NCBI GenBank assembly: GCA_902634405.1 | Contig: CACPJY010000006.1 | Coordinates: 10,852 to 74,851, forward strand | Reading direction: 5' to 3' | Source: an uncultured Synechococcaceae cyanobacterium | GTDB lineage: Bacteria; Cyanobacteriota; Cyanobacteriia; PCC-6307; Cyanobiaceae | DNA: 64,000 nt | Shown here: piece after piece, positions 21,077-29,697 of the stretch | How positions within the stretch are numbered: position 1 is the stretch's first letter | Layout: each line of letters starts with the position of its first letter | Notes under the pieces: model-generated | What the model saw: only the letters and a program-made list of their open reading frames with translations | Told to the model about the DNA's origin: nothing | Databases searched by the model: none | Translations under genes and position numbers: made by a program

Positions 21077-21792
21077 ATTTTAACCAAGATATTTTATCTA
21101 AAACTAATCAGAGCGATAGGAATTCTTCTATATAATATTATATTTAATATATTACATATAATCTAATTAACAATACAATAATTCTATATATATATGGGTA
21201 ATACCTTGAAAAAACCACTAGTGGTAATCCATGAACTAGGGAAAAGTAAAACAAACTAGTACAGAGAGAGCTTTACCTACTTATAACATGAAGAATGTTT
21301 TACATGATAATTGAGAGAGCATTAATATGGGGTATGTATCCCTAAACGAAGAAATCATAAGGATTCTACCTCTATAATATTTCAGCAATAGAGTTCCTAT
21401 TAGTTAAAATAATAGAAATTGGCAAAACAATAGATATGATGTGGCTTTAATATAAAGAGCTCTCTGATTATTGGTTTTGTAGTCATAAGAATTCCAAAAC
21501 TATAAGTAATTATAAAATTATAATTATATAAGTACCACATAACGGTACGCCTCTTCTAGCCCTTTAGTTCTACAATTTAGATATTTGATATAATAATCAA
21601 TTACTAATTTATGCCATTGCAATTTGGTGATTTAGAGTTAACTTTGTGATAAAGTTTTTACTCACAAGGCTGATCGTGACATTTATTATTTTTATTCGTT
21701 AAGCTTGGCAATCACTATATTGATTTTTAGCTAAGAGTGGTGGTTAATGAGATTAATTAGAATATTCATTTTTGTTCTTTTCACAATTAATT

Positions 21793-22083
21793 ATGAATTT
21801 CACAAACTACATCCATCTCTTCGATCCAATACAGGATAATTTTAGTCGCGTCTATTCAACAGCTTCTGGCATTATTACTGTAATAGTAGCCCTATGGCTT
21901 TTTAATTTCATTATAGGATTAATTCAAAGAACCTATTCCACAGGAAAAACGATAGGCAATTTCTACAGAATTTATCTACATCGCTACTTTAGGTTTCTTT
22001 TCCTGAATATCTCTCAAATATTTAGCAATAATCCTGATGATCCGGTTTCAAATAAAGCTAAAAACCCTTCTTCTATATTTTAA
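21793..22083 (+). CDS. hypothetical small membrane protein
   Basis: ORF with one clear hydrophobic helix (IITVIVALWLFNFIIGLI), isolated inside an AT-rich gene-poor gap. Coding status is uncertain. Confidence 0.35.
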   Translation: MNFTNYIHLFDPIQDNFSRVYSTASGIITVIVALWLFNFIIGLIQRTYSTGKTIGNFYRIYLHRYFRFLFLNISQIFSNNPDDPVSNKAKNPSSIF

Positions 22084-22657
22084 TCCATTCAACTGTGAAA
22101 ACACTCTTGATATCGATCCACACCGCTTCAATCAGATAACTTTAAATTGTTGGTTATGGGATACTGACTTTTGATTGAATAATCTCCTAAGGCAATGCCA
22201 TTATATAAAAGACACTAAGTTCTATTCATGAAGCACTATATTGTTCGATATATGGATGAATGTCAGCATAGTCAGGATTTTAGGGCATATGCTAATGATT
22301 CATTCAAAGCCAGACTAGCAGCTATAGACAAAATAGCTCATCTACAAGTTCACCCTCATGCGATTTACAGCATTCAGTTGAATCCTCATGCAGATTGATC
22401 TTTTTAGTTTTTTTCTATCAGTGGTTTAGTTGTTCCCCATAGCTCTTTACTTTCATTTGTTTGGATTAATATGTTCTTACAATGATCACATTGACAATGA
22501 TATTCAATTATTTCTCGTTCTGTTCTATTCATTTGCTTAAAAATAGAGGTTCTTTTTATTGATACCATAATTCAATTTTAGATCAAGGCTACTTTTACAA
22601 TATCTACAGATTGAATTAAATTAATGTTCTCTATAAATATTGCTCAACAGATTATTA

Positions 22658-23383
22658 TTAATTTGCTTCTAATTGACAGTTTATACATATTTCGAATGGC
22701 ACACTAGAATTTCTAAGATTAAGAGTGGTACTTACTATATCAGCTATATCATATGGTTGAGTCATTTCTGATTTGTCTATTACTGTTATGTTCTTAGCCA
22801 TGTCTGTATTAACCCAACTCGGACAAATTGCAGTGACTCGAATACCATATTTCCAGCCTTCATTTCTAATATTCTGACACAAACCCATTAGTGCAAATTT
22901 GCTTGTGCAATATCCAGCTAAATTTCCTTTAGAGCGTTTGCCACTCATTGATACCAACACTACAATTCTAGAATTTTGATTCCTTAGTAAAAATGGCCAA
23001 CATTTACTTGTAAGGTACCAAGGAGCTAGTACATTTATTTTCCAAAGATCATCAATATCACTAAAATCATCGTTTTCTATTATCAAGCCGGTAGATTTAA
23101 AAATACCTGCACAATGTATCAATGTGTCAATTGTACCGAATTTTTCGTATGTTTTATTAATCCAATTTGTCGCCGTCTTATTGTCTCGAGCTTCATATTC
23201 ACTAATTAGAATATTATTCAGTGAATTATTATTCTCATAATTGATTTCTTTAGACGTAAATTCTTTACTTCTAATTCCAAGACTTATATTGTGACCATCC
23301 TTAATTAGCCTTTCCGCAATAGATTTACCAATACCCCTATTGGAGCCAGATATCATTATTGTCCTTTTCTTATTTGTCATCAA
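22658..23383 (-). CDS. short-chain dehydrogenase/reductase (classical SDR)
   Basis: ISGSNRGIGKSIA (TGxxxGIG-type) and the catalytic YCTSKFAL (YxxxK). Confidence 0.85.
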   Translation of the reverse strand: MMTNKKRTIMISGSNRGIGKSIAERLIKDGHNISLGIRSKEFTSKEINYENNNSLNNILISEYEARDNKTATNWINKTYEKFGTIDTLIHCAGIFKSTGLIIENDDFSDIDDLWKINVLAPWYLTSKCWPFLLRNQNSRIVVLVSMSGKRSKGNLAGYCTSKFALMGLCQNIRNEGWKYGIRVTAICPSWVNTDMAKNITVIDKSEMTQPYDIADIVSTTLNLRNSSVPFEICINCQLEAN

Positions 23384-23396
23384 TTAGCTTAAGTAT

Positions 23397-24689
23397 CTAT
23401 TGCCGTAGAAGTAAGAAATCTATTAGTAGTTTTAACTCTCTACCTTTCATATTCATTAGTCCTAACTTAACACTGATCGGTGCATTGACAAACATAGTGA
23501 ACATTGCCTTGACTAAATCATCAACAGAAATTTGGTTTGTAAGAAATGAGTACCATTGTTCATCTTTTAAAGCAAAGAAACTTTTAAAGAAATCGCGGAG
23601 CTCTGATTCACTAAATCTCATCAACTTTTCTAATCCAAATTTATAAAGTGCTTGCTTCCTTCGCAGATCTTTTGGCCAGAGTGTTGACCAACCATGTATT
23701 GCTAGATCTGCAGATGTAGCACTTTTATCCCTCATTCTATTTGATAGTGCCTTTGCCAATGTTGGGCCCCTTCGAATTAGACTACCTACCATATATCCAG
23801 AAGCTGGGTGAACCATAGCAGCTGATCCACCAAATCCTAGAACTGGCTGATTCATATATGGAAGAGAAAGGTTCATAGGTAGGTACGATCCCAGCTCTTC
23901 GTGAACTAGGTTGACCATTTCTATACCTTTGGATTGCAGCCTTTGCTCAAGTCGAACTCTTAATATATCTAGCGAAACTGGTGGAGATAAGCCTAATGAT
24001 GTTTCTTCTAAGAAGTAATGATCATTTCCCATATCCATTGCATATAAAAAACTAGGAGGTTCTTTCCTTTCTTCTTTTGTTAAATGATCGCACCTGTAGT
24101 CCATTAAAACAAACTGTCCTTTTTCAATCGGTGGCGAACTAAACTTTGCTACTACTCCATAACAGGTTTGAACTGCTACTGGACCTTTATCTGGTGACTT
24201 AAGAAAAATAGGCTTATATCCAGAAGCATCAATTACAAGCCTCGCTGAATATGTTATGCCTTCTTTCGTTGTAACTGTTGTTGATAAGTCATTTACTTTT
24301 AGTTCGTTCGCTTCTCCTCGATGCCATTTTACATGCCCTTTCTCACATTCATTTATCCAGTGATTTCTTAGCTTGTCTTTATCAAATAACCCATAATCTC
24401 TGTTGTGAGATATATGTATATTTGATGTTGAGTTAGGATCTACACCCCCCTCTCCAAAATAACTGGTTGTATTTCTCCAACGGTGTTCTAGAAGATGGGC
24501 TAACCCCATTTCATCTACTTCGTTACCCCAGATTCCATAGGTATAGGGCCAGGATTGCTTAGGATCGTTATCAGCAAGTACTTCTACATTAAGTTCTTCG
24601 GCGCATAGCGCTGCTGCTATTGAGAGAGCTGCCGGCCCTGCTCCAATAATTAAGGTGTCTGCAGTAGAAGAGCTCATGAACCGTTTCAA
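23397..24689 (-). CDS. crtL: lycopene cyclase, CrtL (plant/cyanobacterial) type
   Basis: DTLIIGAGPAALSIAAAL FAD-binding fold, YGIWGNEVDEMGL, the FLYAMD...YFLEETSL motif and GGSAAMVHPASGY. I cannot tell a beta- from an epsilon-cyclase by eye. Confidence 0.85.
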   Translation of the reverse strand: MKRFMSSSTADTLIIGAGPAALSIAAALCAEELNVEVLADNDPKQSWPYTYGIWGNEVDEMGLAHLLEHRWRNTTSYFGEGGVDPNSTSNIHISHNRDYGLFDKDKLRNHWINECEKGHVKWHRGEANELKVNDLSTTVTTKEGITYSARLVIDASGYKPIFLKSPDKGPVAVQTCYGVVAKFSSPPIEKGQFVLMDYRCDHLTKEERKEPPSFLYAMDMGNDHYFLEETSLGLSPPVSLDILRVRLEQRLQSKGIEMVNLVHEELGSYLPMNLSLPYMNQPVLGFGGSAAMVHPASGYMVGSLIRRGPTLAKALSNRMRDKSATSADLAIHGWSTLWPKDLRRKQALYKFGLEKLMRFSESELRDFFKSFFALKDEQWYSFLTNQISVDDLVKAMFTMFVNAPISVKLGLMNMKGRELKLLIDFLLLRQ

Positions 24690-25021
24690 AAAAATAAAAA
24701 CGAATTAGCGCTAGGGCCTAAGGAAAGAAGAAAATAGGTATTTATACTTGTCGATAGGTTAAATGGATGGAGAGTGGCTATAAAAAGGCTACAGGGATTT
24801 TCGTATTAAATATCTTTTTATACCTAGTTGCCACAATTTGATGAGATATGTCGTCGGATTTATATGGAACCAGTAGTTGAACTAACCCAGTTTGGTTTGC
24901 TTCATGAGGTTAGTACGAATATCTATGCTCCTTAGAGATATCAATACATTAGGATTTTTTAAGGGAGAAAAGATGTTTTAAGTGTTACTTTGGATTTTCC
25001 ATGAATTGATGATTCAATAAA

Positions 25022-26056
25022 ATGAAAATCATAGAAAATGAGAAAAGCTACGGTACGGTATTAATTACAGGTGGAAGCTCAGGCATAGGTTATAACGCCG
25101 CTTCTAGGCTGGCTAATTTAAATATTAACCTGATCTTACCTTGTAGAGATATCAAGACCTCTAATAAGACAAGAAATCGTTTGCTAGAAACTTCTTCTGG
25201 TGTTAACAATAATCTGAGGTGTACATTTCCTGTTATGGATTTGGCAGATATACAAAGCATTTCTAATTTTGCTCGGGAAGTGGTTTCTAAATATCAAACC
25301 ATAGATACATTAGTTTTTAATGCTGGTCTTCAGTACACCGGATCAATAACCCCTAGGAAAACCAAACAAAATATTGAGCTTACATTTGGAGTAAATCATG
25401 TCGCTCATCAGTTACTGATAAATATGCTTTACCCTGCCTTAAATAAATCGAAAAAACCACACATTATAATTACTTCTTCTGAGGTTCACAACCCTTCGTC
25501 GTCAGGAGGAAGTATAGGCAAGTCAGCCAACGCCGGCTCACTTAACGGTATTAAAAGTGAAGAGTTGGTAGATATGATTGATGGATCCCCTATTTTTAAC
25601 GCAGATAAAGCATATAAAGACAGTAAGTTATGTAATATATTATTTAGTAGAGCACTCAACAGAATATTTAATTCAAAGAAAACTGCTGTCCCTATAACGA
25701 CATGGGCTCCTGGCTTAGTGATTCCTCGAGGTACAAATGGCTTCTTTCGCTATAGTAGAGAATATAACATGCTTGGACAAACTTTGTTTGCTTTTATTGC
25801 TCGTGATGTTTTACACATAACTGAAACTGTAGAGAATGCAGGACTAATACTCTCTAATCTAATTCTAGATAAATACAATAGAGAAGGCTTTAAATATTAT
25901 GTAAATAATTTAGAATTCCCGGGAATTTATAGTTTTAAAACAGGAAAAATCAGTGAAGAAGCATCAAACGATAAATTAATGGTTGAACTATGGAACTCAA
26001 CTCAGGATATAATAAAGGCTAGGTCAAATATAAAACTTTTATTGGGAAAGATATAG
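25022..26056 (+). CDS. SDR resembling light-dependent protochlorophyllide reductase (LPOR-like paralog)
   Basis: VLITGGSSGIGYNAA, NAGLQY and an LPOR-type insertion ending MIDG...KAYKDSKLCNILF. The PGC Cys remembered from LPOR is replaced (APGLVIP). Confidence 0.75.
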   Translation: MKIIENEKSYGTVLITGGSSGIGYNAASRLANLNINLILPCRDIKTSNKTRNRLLETSSGVNNNLRCTFPVMDLADIQSISNFAREVVSKYQTIDTLVFNAGLQYTGSITPRKTKQNIELTFGVNHVAHQLLINMLYPALNKSKKPHIIITSSEVHNPSSSGGSIGKSANAGSLNGIKSEELVDMIDGSPIFNADKAYKDSKLCNILFSRALNRIFNSKKTAVPITTWAPGLVIPRGTNGFFRYSREYNMLGQTLFAFIARDVLHITETVENAGLILSNLILDKYNREGFKYYVNNLEFPGIYSFKTGKISEEASNDKLMVELWNSTQDIIKARSNIKLLLGKI

Positions 26057-26206
26057 ATGTCTAAGTTTTAGCCTTGCTACATTGAGTTTCGACTTGATTA
26101 TTTCTAGTTCTCCTGGGCTCCAAGAATTTTTCTCTATAACTCTATTGTCTAATTCTGTTATTAATCTTCTAAGACGTTGAATCTCAACTAGTTTATTTTC
26201 CTTCAT
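26039..26206 (-). CDS. possible small coiled-coil protein (DUF465/YdcH-like pattern), 55 aa, absent from the ORF track
   Basis: Hand translation gives MKENKLVEIQRLRRLITELDNRVIEKNSWSPGELEIIKSKLNVARLKLRHLYLSQ. Its last 18 nt overlap the convergent SDR gene's 3' end. Confidence 0.35.
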   Translation of the reverse strand: MKENKLVEIQRLRRLITELDNRVIEKNSWSPGELEIIKSKLNVARLKLRHLYLSQ

Positions 26207-26251
26207 ATCAATATGTTATTGTTGAGCATTTTTGAAAGTAGATAGTTAATA

Positions 26252-27283
26252 CTATTCATTATTCTTTGAATTTAGTAGATGAAGTGTACTTGTTGGGTAA
26301 GCAAATTCTATACCTTCTTCGTGAAATTGTCTTTTAATTGCCATATTTATAGTTTGTTGTGCTTCCATAGCTGTTTTATAACTATTCGTAGGTATAAAAT
26401 ATACGAGCTCAAAGTCTAGACTAAAAGAACCAAATTCAACAAAGTGGCAGCGGTCAAAAATTGCATCATTAGTATTATCAACAATAGACTTTAATAAACT
26501 TGGTATACGCTCCATATTGACCTGATTTGTTTCATAAGTAACACCTAACTTGTGTACTAATCGGCGTTGCTTCATTTGTCCATAATTGGCAATGGTTCCA
26601 CTTGTAAGAGCACTATTGCTCATTATTATTATCTCTCCGTTAACACTTTTAAGTCTTGTTGACCTTACACCAACTCTATCAACTGTGGCCCATACATTAT
26701 TTATGTTGATAAATTCTCCACTCTCGAAAGGTTTGTCTAACAAAATAGTTATGTATTCGAAAAATTCCTGTACAGGTTCTTTAAGTGCTAAGCCGGCTCC
26801 TATACCACCTGCACTTAATAGCGCCCATATTGCGGCCATCTGAACTCCAATATTCTGAAGAAAGATAGTGGAGCCAAGAGCCCATATAATAGCTCTCACC
26901 ATAGGTCTTAGGGACGAAAGCATTGTACTTATTGCAATATCATTAACCTTTAGTGCTAGACGCTCCATCATTTTAAGTATTATTCTATTTATCAACCTGA
27001 TTACTATTACAATTATAATTAATTGGCCACTTGATAATACTATTTTATCTAATTGGTTATCTATAGGGAGAAATTGCCATGAGATAATGCATGTTATTAC
27101 ATAGCCCAGGGGTTTAATATTTCTTATCAACAATTGAGCGATAAAGTCATCTGTTTCTGATTTAGTTCTTTGGACTATTTTATTCAGAGCTATTTTTGTA
27201 ATAACGTACAAAAGCAACGTGAATAATATTCCTATTACTAATGAGGTCAATGCTGGGATGATACTTTGTACCAAGATTGACAT
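26252..27283 (-). CDS. mechanosensitive ion channel, MscS family
   Basis: N-terminal TM helices, the pore-helix-like segment WALLSAGGIGAGLALKEP, and a beta-domain (GEFININNVWATVDRVGVRSTRLKSVNGEIIIMSNS). Confidence 0.8.
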   Translation of the reverse strand: MSILVQSIIPALTSLVIGILFTLLLYVITKIALNKIVQRTKSETDDFIAQLLIRNIKPLGYVITCIISWQFLPIDNQLDKIVLSSGQLIIIVIVIRLINRIILKMMERLALKVNDIAISTMLSSLRPMVRAIIWALGSTIFLQNIGVQMAAIWALLSAGGIGAGLALKEPVQEFFEYITILLDKPFESGEFININNVWATVDRVGVRSTRLKSVNGEIIIMSNSALTSGTIANYGQMKQRRLVHKLGVTYETNQVNMERIPSLLKSIVDNTNDAIFDRCHFVEFGSFSLDFELVYFIPTNSYKTAMEAQQTINMAIKRQFHEEGIEFAYPTSTLHLLNSKNNE

Positions 27284-27403
27284 AATTTGCTTATAGCTAT
27301 ATCTATATTGGCTATTTTCTTCCTATAATTCAACTATTTTTTTGTTATTAATGCGAAAAGCCCATATAACTTAGTTTTTCAAAGGATAATCTTCTTGATT
27401 TAT

Positions 27404-27964
27404 TTATTTTATAATATTAATAATCTGCTTAAACTCAGGTCTATCAGAAGTAGAACAGATTTCTAATATTATAGATTCTGTTGTAGTTATAGTTACTCCT
27501 TCACTTTTTAAACGCTGCAGAGCAATCTGATGATCAAAATTCGCTCTTGATGATACACAATCAGAAACTACGTAGACTTGATGTCCATTGTTTAGAAGAT
27601 CAAGAGCTGTTTGCAATATACAAATATGTGATTCGCATCCTGCTAATATTATAACTGATGGTTCTAGTTTTTGAAGGAGGAGTTTAACCTCATTAGATTT
27701 GTAGGAACTAAAAGTATTTTTTGCTACTGCATCATTAGTTAGATGTCCTTTAATAGACTTAATTGTTGTACCAAGTCCTTTAGGATATTGTTCTGTAGAT
27801 ATTATATTGACATTTAATATTATTAATGATTTAATTAGCTTGAGAATATTGTCTTCTAATTTATCATGATTATTAAGGTGTGGTACTAACTTTTCTTGCA
27901 TATCAACTATGAGAAGTACATAATTTGATTTCTGTTCCTTATTAGATGACTTTTGCATCATCAA
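27404..27964 (-). CDS. isochorismatase-family cysteine hydrolase
   Basis: VLLIVDMQEKL at the N-terminus and LAGCESHICILQTALDL, which holds the catalytic Cys region. Confidence 0.75.
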   Translation of the reverse strand: MMMQKSSNKEQKSNYVLLIVDMQEKLVPHLNNHDKLEDNILKLIKSLIILNVNIISTEQYPKGLGTTIKSIKGHLTNDAVAKNTFSSYKSNEVKLLLQKLEPSVIILAGCESHICILQTALDLLNNGHQVYVVSDCVSSRANFDHQIALQRLKSEGVTITTTESIILEICSTSDRPEFKQIINIIK

Positions 27965-28210
27965 GAGTAGATTGGTAAATTAACTCTTAATATACATCAT
28001 AATTACACTCATTAAGTAACATCTTCTACCTTGTTTCATTTCTTATGACAATTGATTGTTTGTTCATAATAGCTCTATCTGAAATGAAAATAGCAATTCA
28101 GAACTTCAATTATCGATACCTATTAGTGATAAATTACTAATACATTCGTAATAATAGTAGTTTTTACCCTTGCAATAGGTATCATAAGATACGTCAATGC
28201 AAAGAAAAGC

Positions 28211-28672
28211 TTGACTAGATATAACGACATTCAAAAGCCACTCGAGCATGGATTGCACGAAGGAGGTAGGCGCATAACACCTCAACGTCGTACAGTCTTA
28301 GATTTATTTGAGAAAATTGGTTCTGGTATTCATCTCAGTGCAGAAGATATTCACCATAAACTCATGGAATCCAATAATCGAGTCTCACTTGCAACTATAT
28401 ACCGTACTCTAAGATTGTTGGTAGATTTGGGTTTTTTACATGAATTAGAGTTAACAGAAGGTGGCCATAGGTTCGAACTTGCAGGCAATGATAATGAAGA
28501 TCATCACCATTTAATTTGTATTAAGTGCGGACGTACTGAAGAATTTGAAAATATAAGTGTTCTTCAAGCAGGTAAAGAAGCCGCAGAGAAAATAGGTTTT
28601 AAATTAATTGAGTCTACACTTAATGTTAGAGCAATTTGTCCTAAATGCTTGTCAAATGAGACTTTTCACTAA
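28211..28672 (+). CDS. Fur-family metalloregulator (Fur/Zur/PerR subtype unresolved)
   Basis: RITPQRRTVLDLF, the winged helix ATIYRTLRLLVDLGFLHEL, HHHLICIKCGRTEEF and a C-terminal CPKC. TTG start. Confidence 0.85.
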   Translation: MTRYNDIQKPLEHGLHEGGRRITPQRRTVLDLFEKIGSGIHLSAEDIHHKLMESNNRVSLATIYRTLRLLVDLGFLHELELTEGGHRFELAGNDNEDHHHLICIKCGRTEEFENISVLQAGKEAAEKIGFKLIESTLNVRAICPKCLSNETFH

Positions 28673-29643
28673 TTAGAAAGCGCTCCCCCACAACTTGAAC
28701 CAGCTCCTGCTGTACACCCAAAGCAATGTTCTCCAACTATAATTTCTTGAAGTATGTATTCTTTATCTAATTCTAGTAGGTCCTTAAGTTGTAATTTTTG
28801 ATTCAGCATTCTTAGTCCTAATTGTTGATTGAAATCGCAATCATAAAGGGTACCTTCCCAGTCTACGCTAATTAAAGACTTACACATTAATGAGTTGATA
28901 TTAGTGCTATTAAATGAATTGATGAGTTTTAACATATACTCGCTATATTGTCCATTTCTTTTTAAATACTCAGCAAACCTATTAATTGGCATATTTGTTA
29001 TTGTTAGCAGTGAATTAAATTTAATACCATATTCTGATTCTAGTTTCTCCTTGTACATTGCCTCTAAATCTTTTTGATCTGGGGGAAGATTTATACCCTG
29101 TGGATTGTACACTAAGTTAATCTCTCTGCCACTTTCCGGTATACCATAACCACATCTATTTAATAGTCTTAAACCCTCTATGCTTCGGTCAAAAACTCCA
29201 GGGCCTCTTTGCTTGTCTACATTGTCTTTAATATAACATGGAAGTGAAGCAATGACTTTAACATTGTATTTAGCCAAGAATCCTGCTAAATGAGAAAAAC
29301 CTGGTTCGGTAAGAATAGTTAGATTACACCTGTCGATAATTTGTATATTTAATTTAGAGGTTATTTCAATTAAGTCAAAAAACCGTGGGTGTAGTTCAGG
29401 TGCTCCACCTGTTATGTCTAAGTTCGATACAGAGTATTTTTTTAAAACTCTAGGTATTAATTCGATTATTTCATCACTGCACATTTCTATTCTATTAGGA
29501 CCAGCATTAACATGACAGTGTGAACAAGCTTGATTACATTTATAGCCTAGGTTGACTTGAAGGGTGTCAAGGCTAGTTTTTTGGATTGTAGGGAATTGCA
29601 TTTCGTTTTGATTGTTTCCAACATTTATACTTTTATATATCAT
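28669..29643 (-). CDS. arsS: ArsS-like radical SAM / Cys-rich-domain protein (arsenosugar biosynthesis family)
   Basis: LQVNLGYKCNQACSHCHVNAGP (CX3CX2C), ITGGAPEL, and the C-terminal HCFGCTAGAGSSCGGAL motif that I associate with the TIGR04167/ArsS family. The family assignment is from memory. Confidence 0.75.
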   Translation of the reverse strand: MIYKSINVGNNQNEMQFPTIQKTSLDTLQVNLGYKCNQACSHCHVNAGPNRIEMCSDEIIELIPRVLKKYSVSNLDITGGAPELHPRFFDLIEITSKLNIQIIDRCNLTILTEPGFSHLAGFLAKYNVKVIASLPCYIKDNVDKQRGPGVFDRSIEGLRLLNRCGYGIPESGREINLVYNPQGINLPPDQKDLEAMYKEKLESEYGIKFNSLLTITNMPINRFAEYLKRNGQYSEYMLKLINSFNSTNINSLMCKSLISVDWEGTLYDCDFNQQLGLRMLNQKLQLKDLLELDKEYILQEIIVGEHCFGCTAGAGSSCGGALSN

Positions 29644-29697
29644 TTAGACTTATTTCATAAAGGTAATATAGAAATAATTATACAATATTACCTATTG

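Noticed and set aside
21215-21224. 10-bp perfect palindrome CCACTAGTGG
   Set aside because: It has no loop and therefore forms no stable hairpin. It is a single occurrence and is most simply a chance palindrome or restriction-type site.
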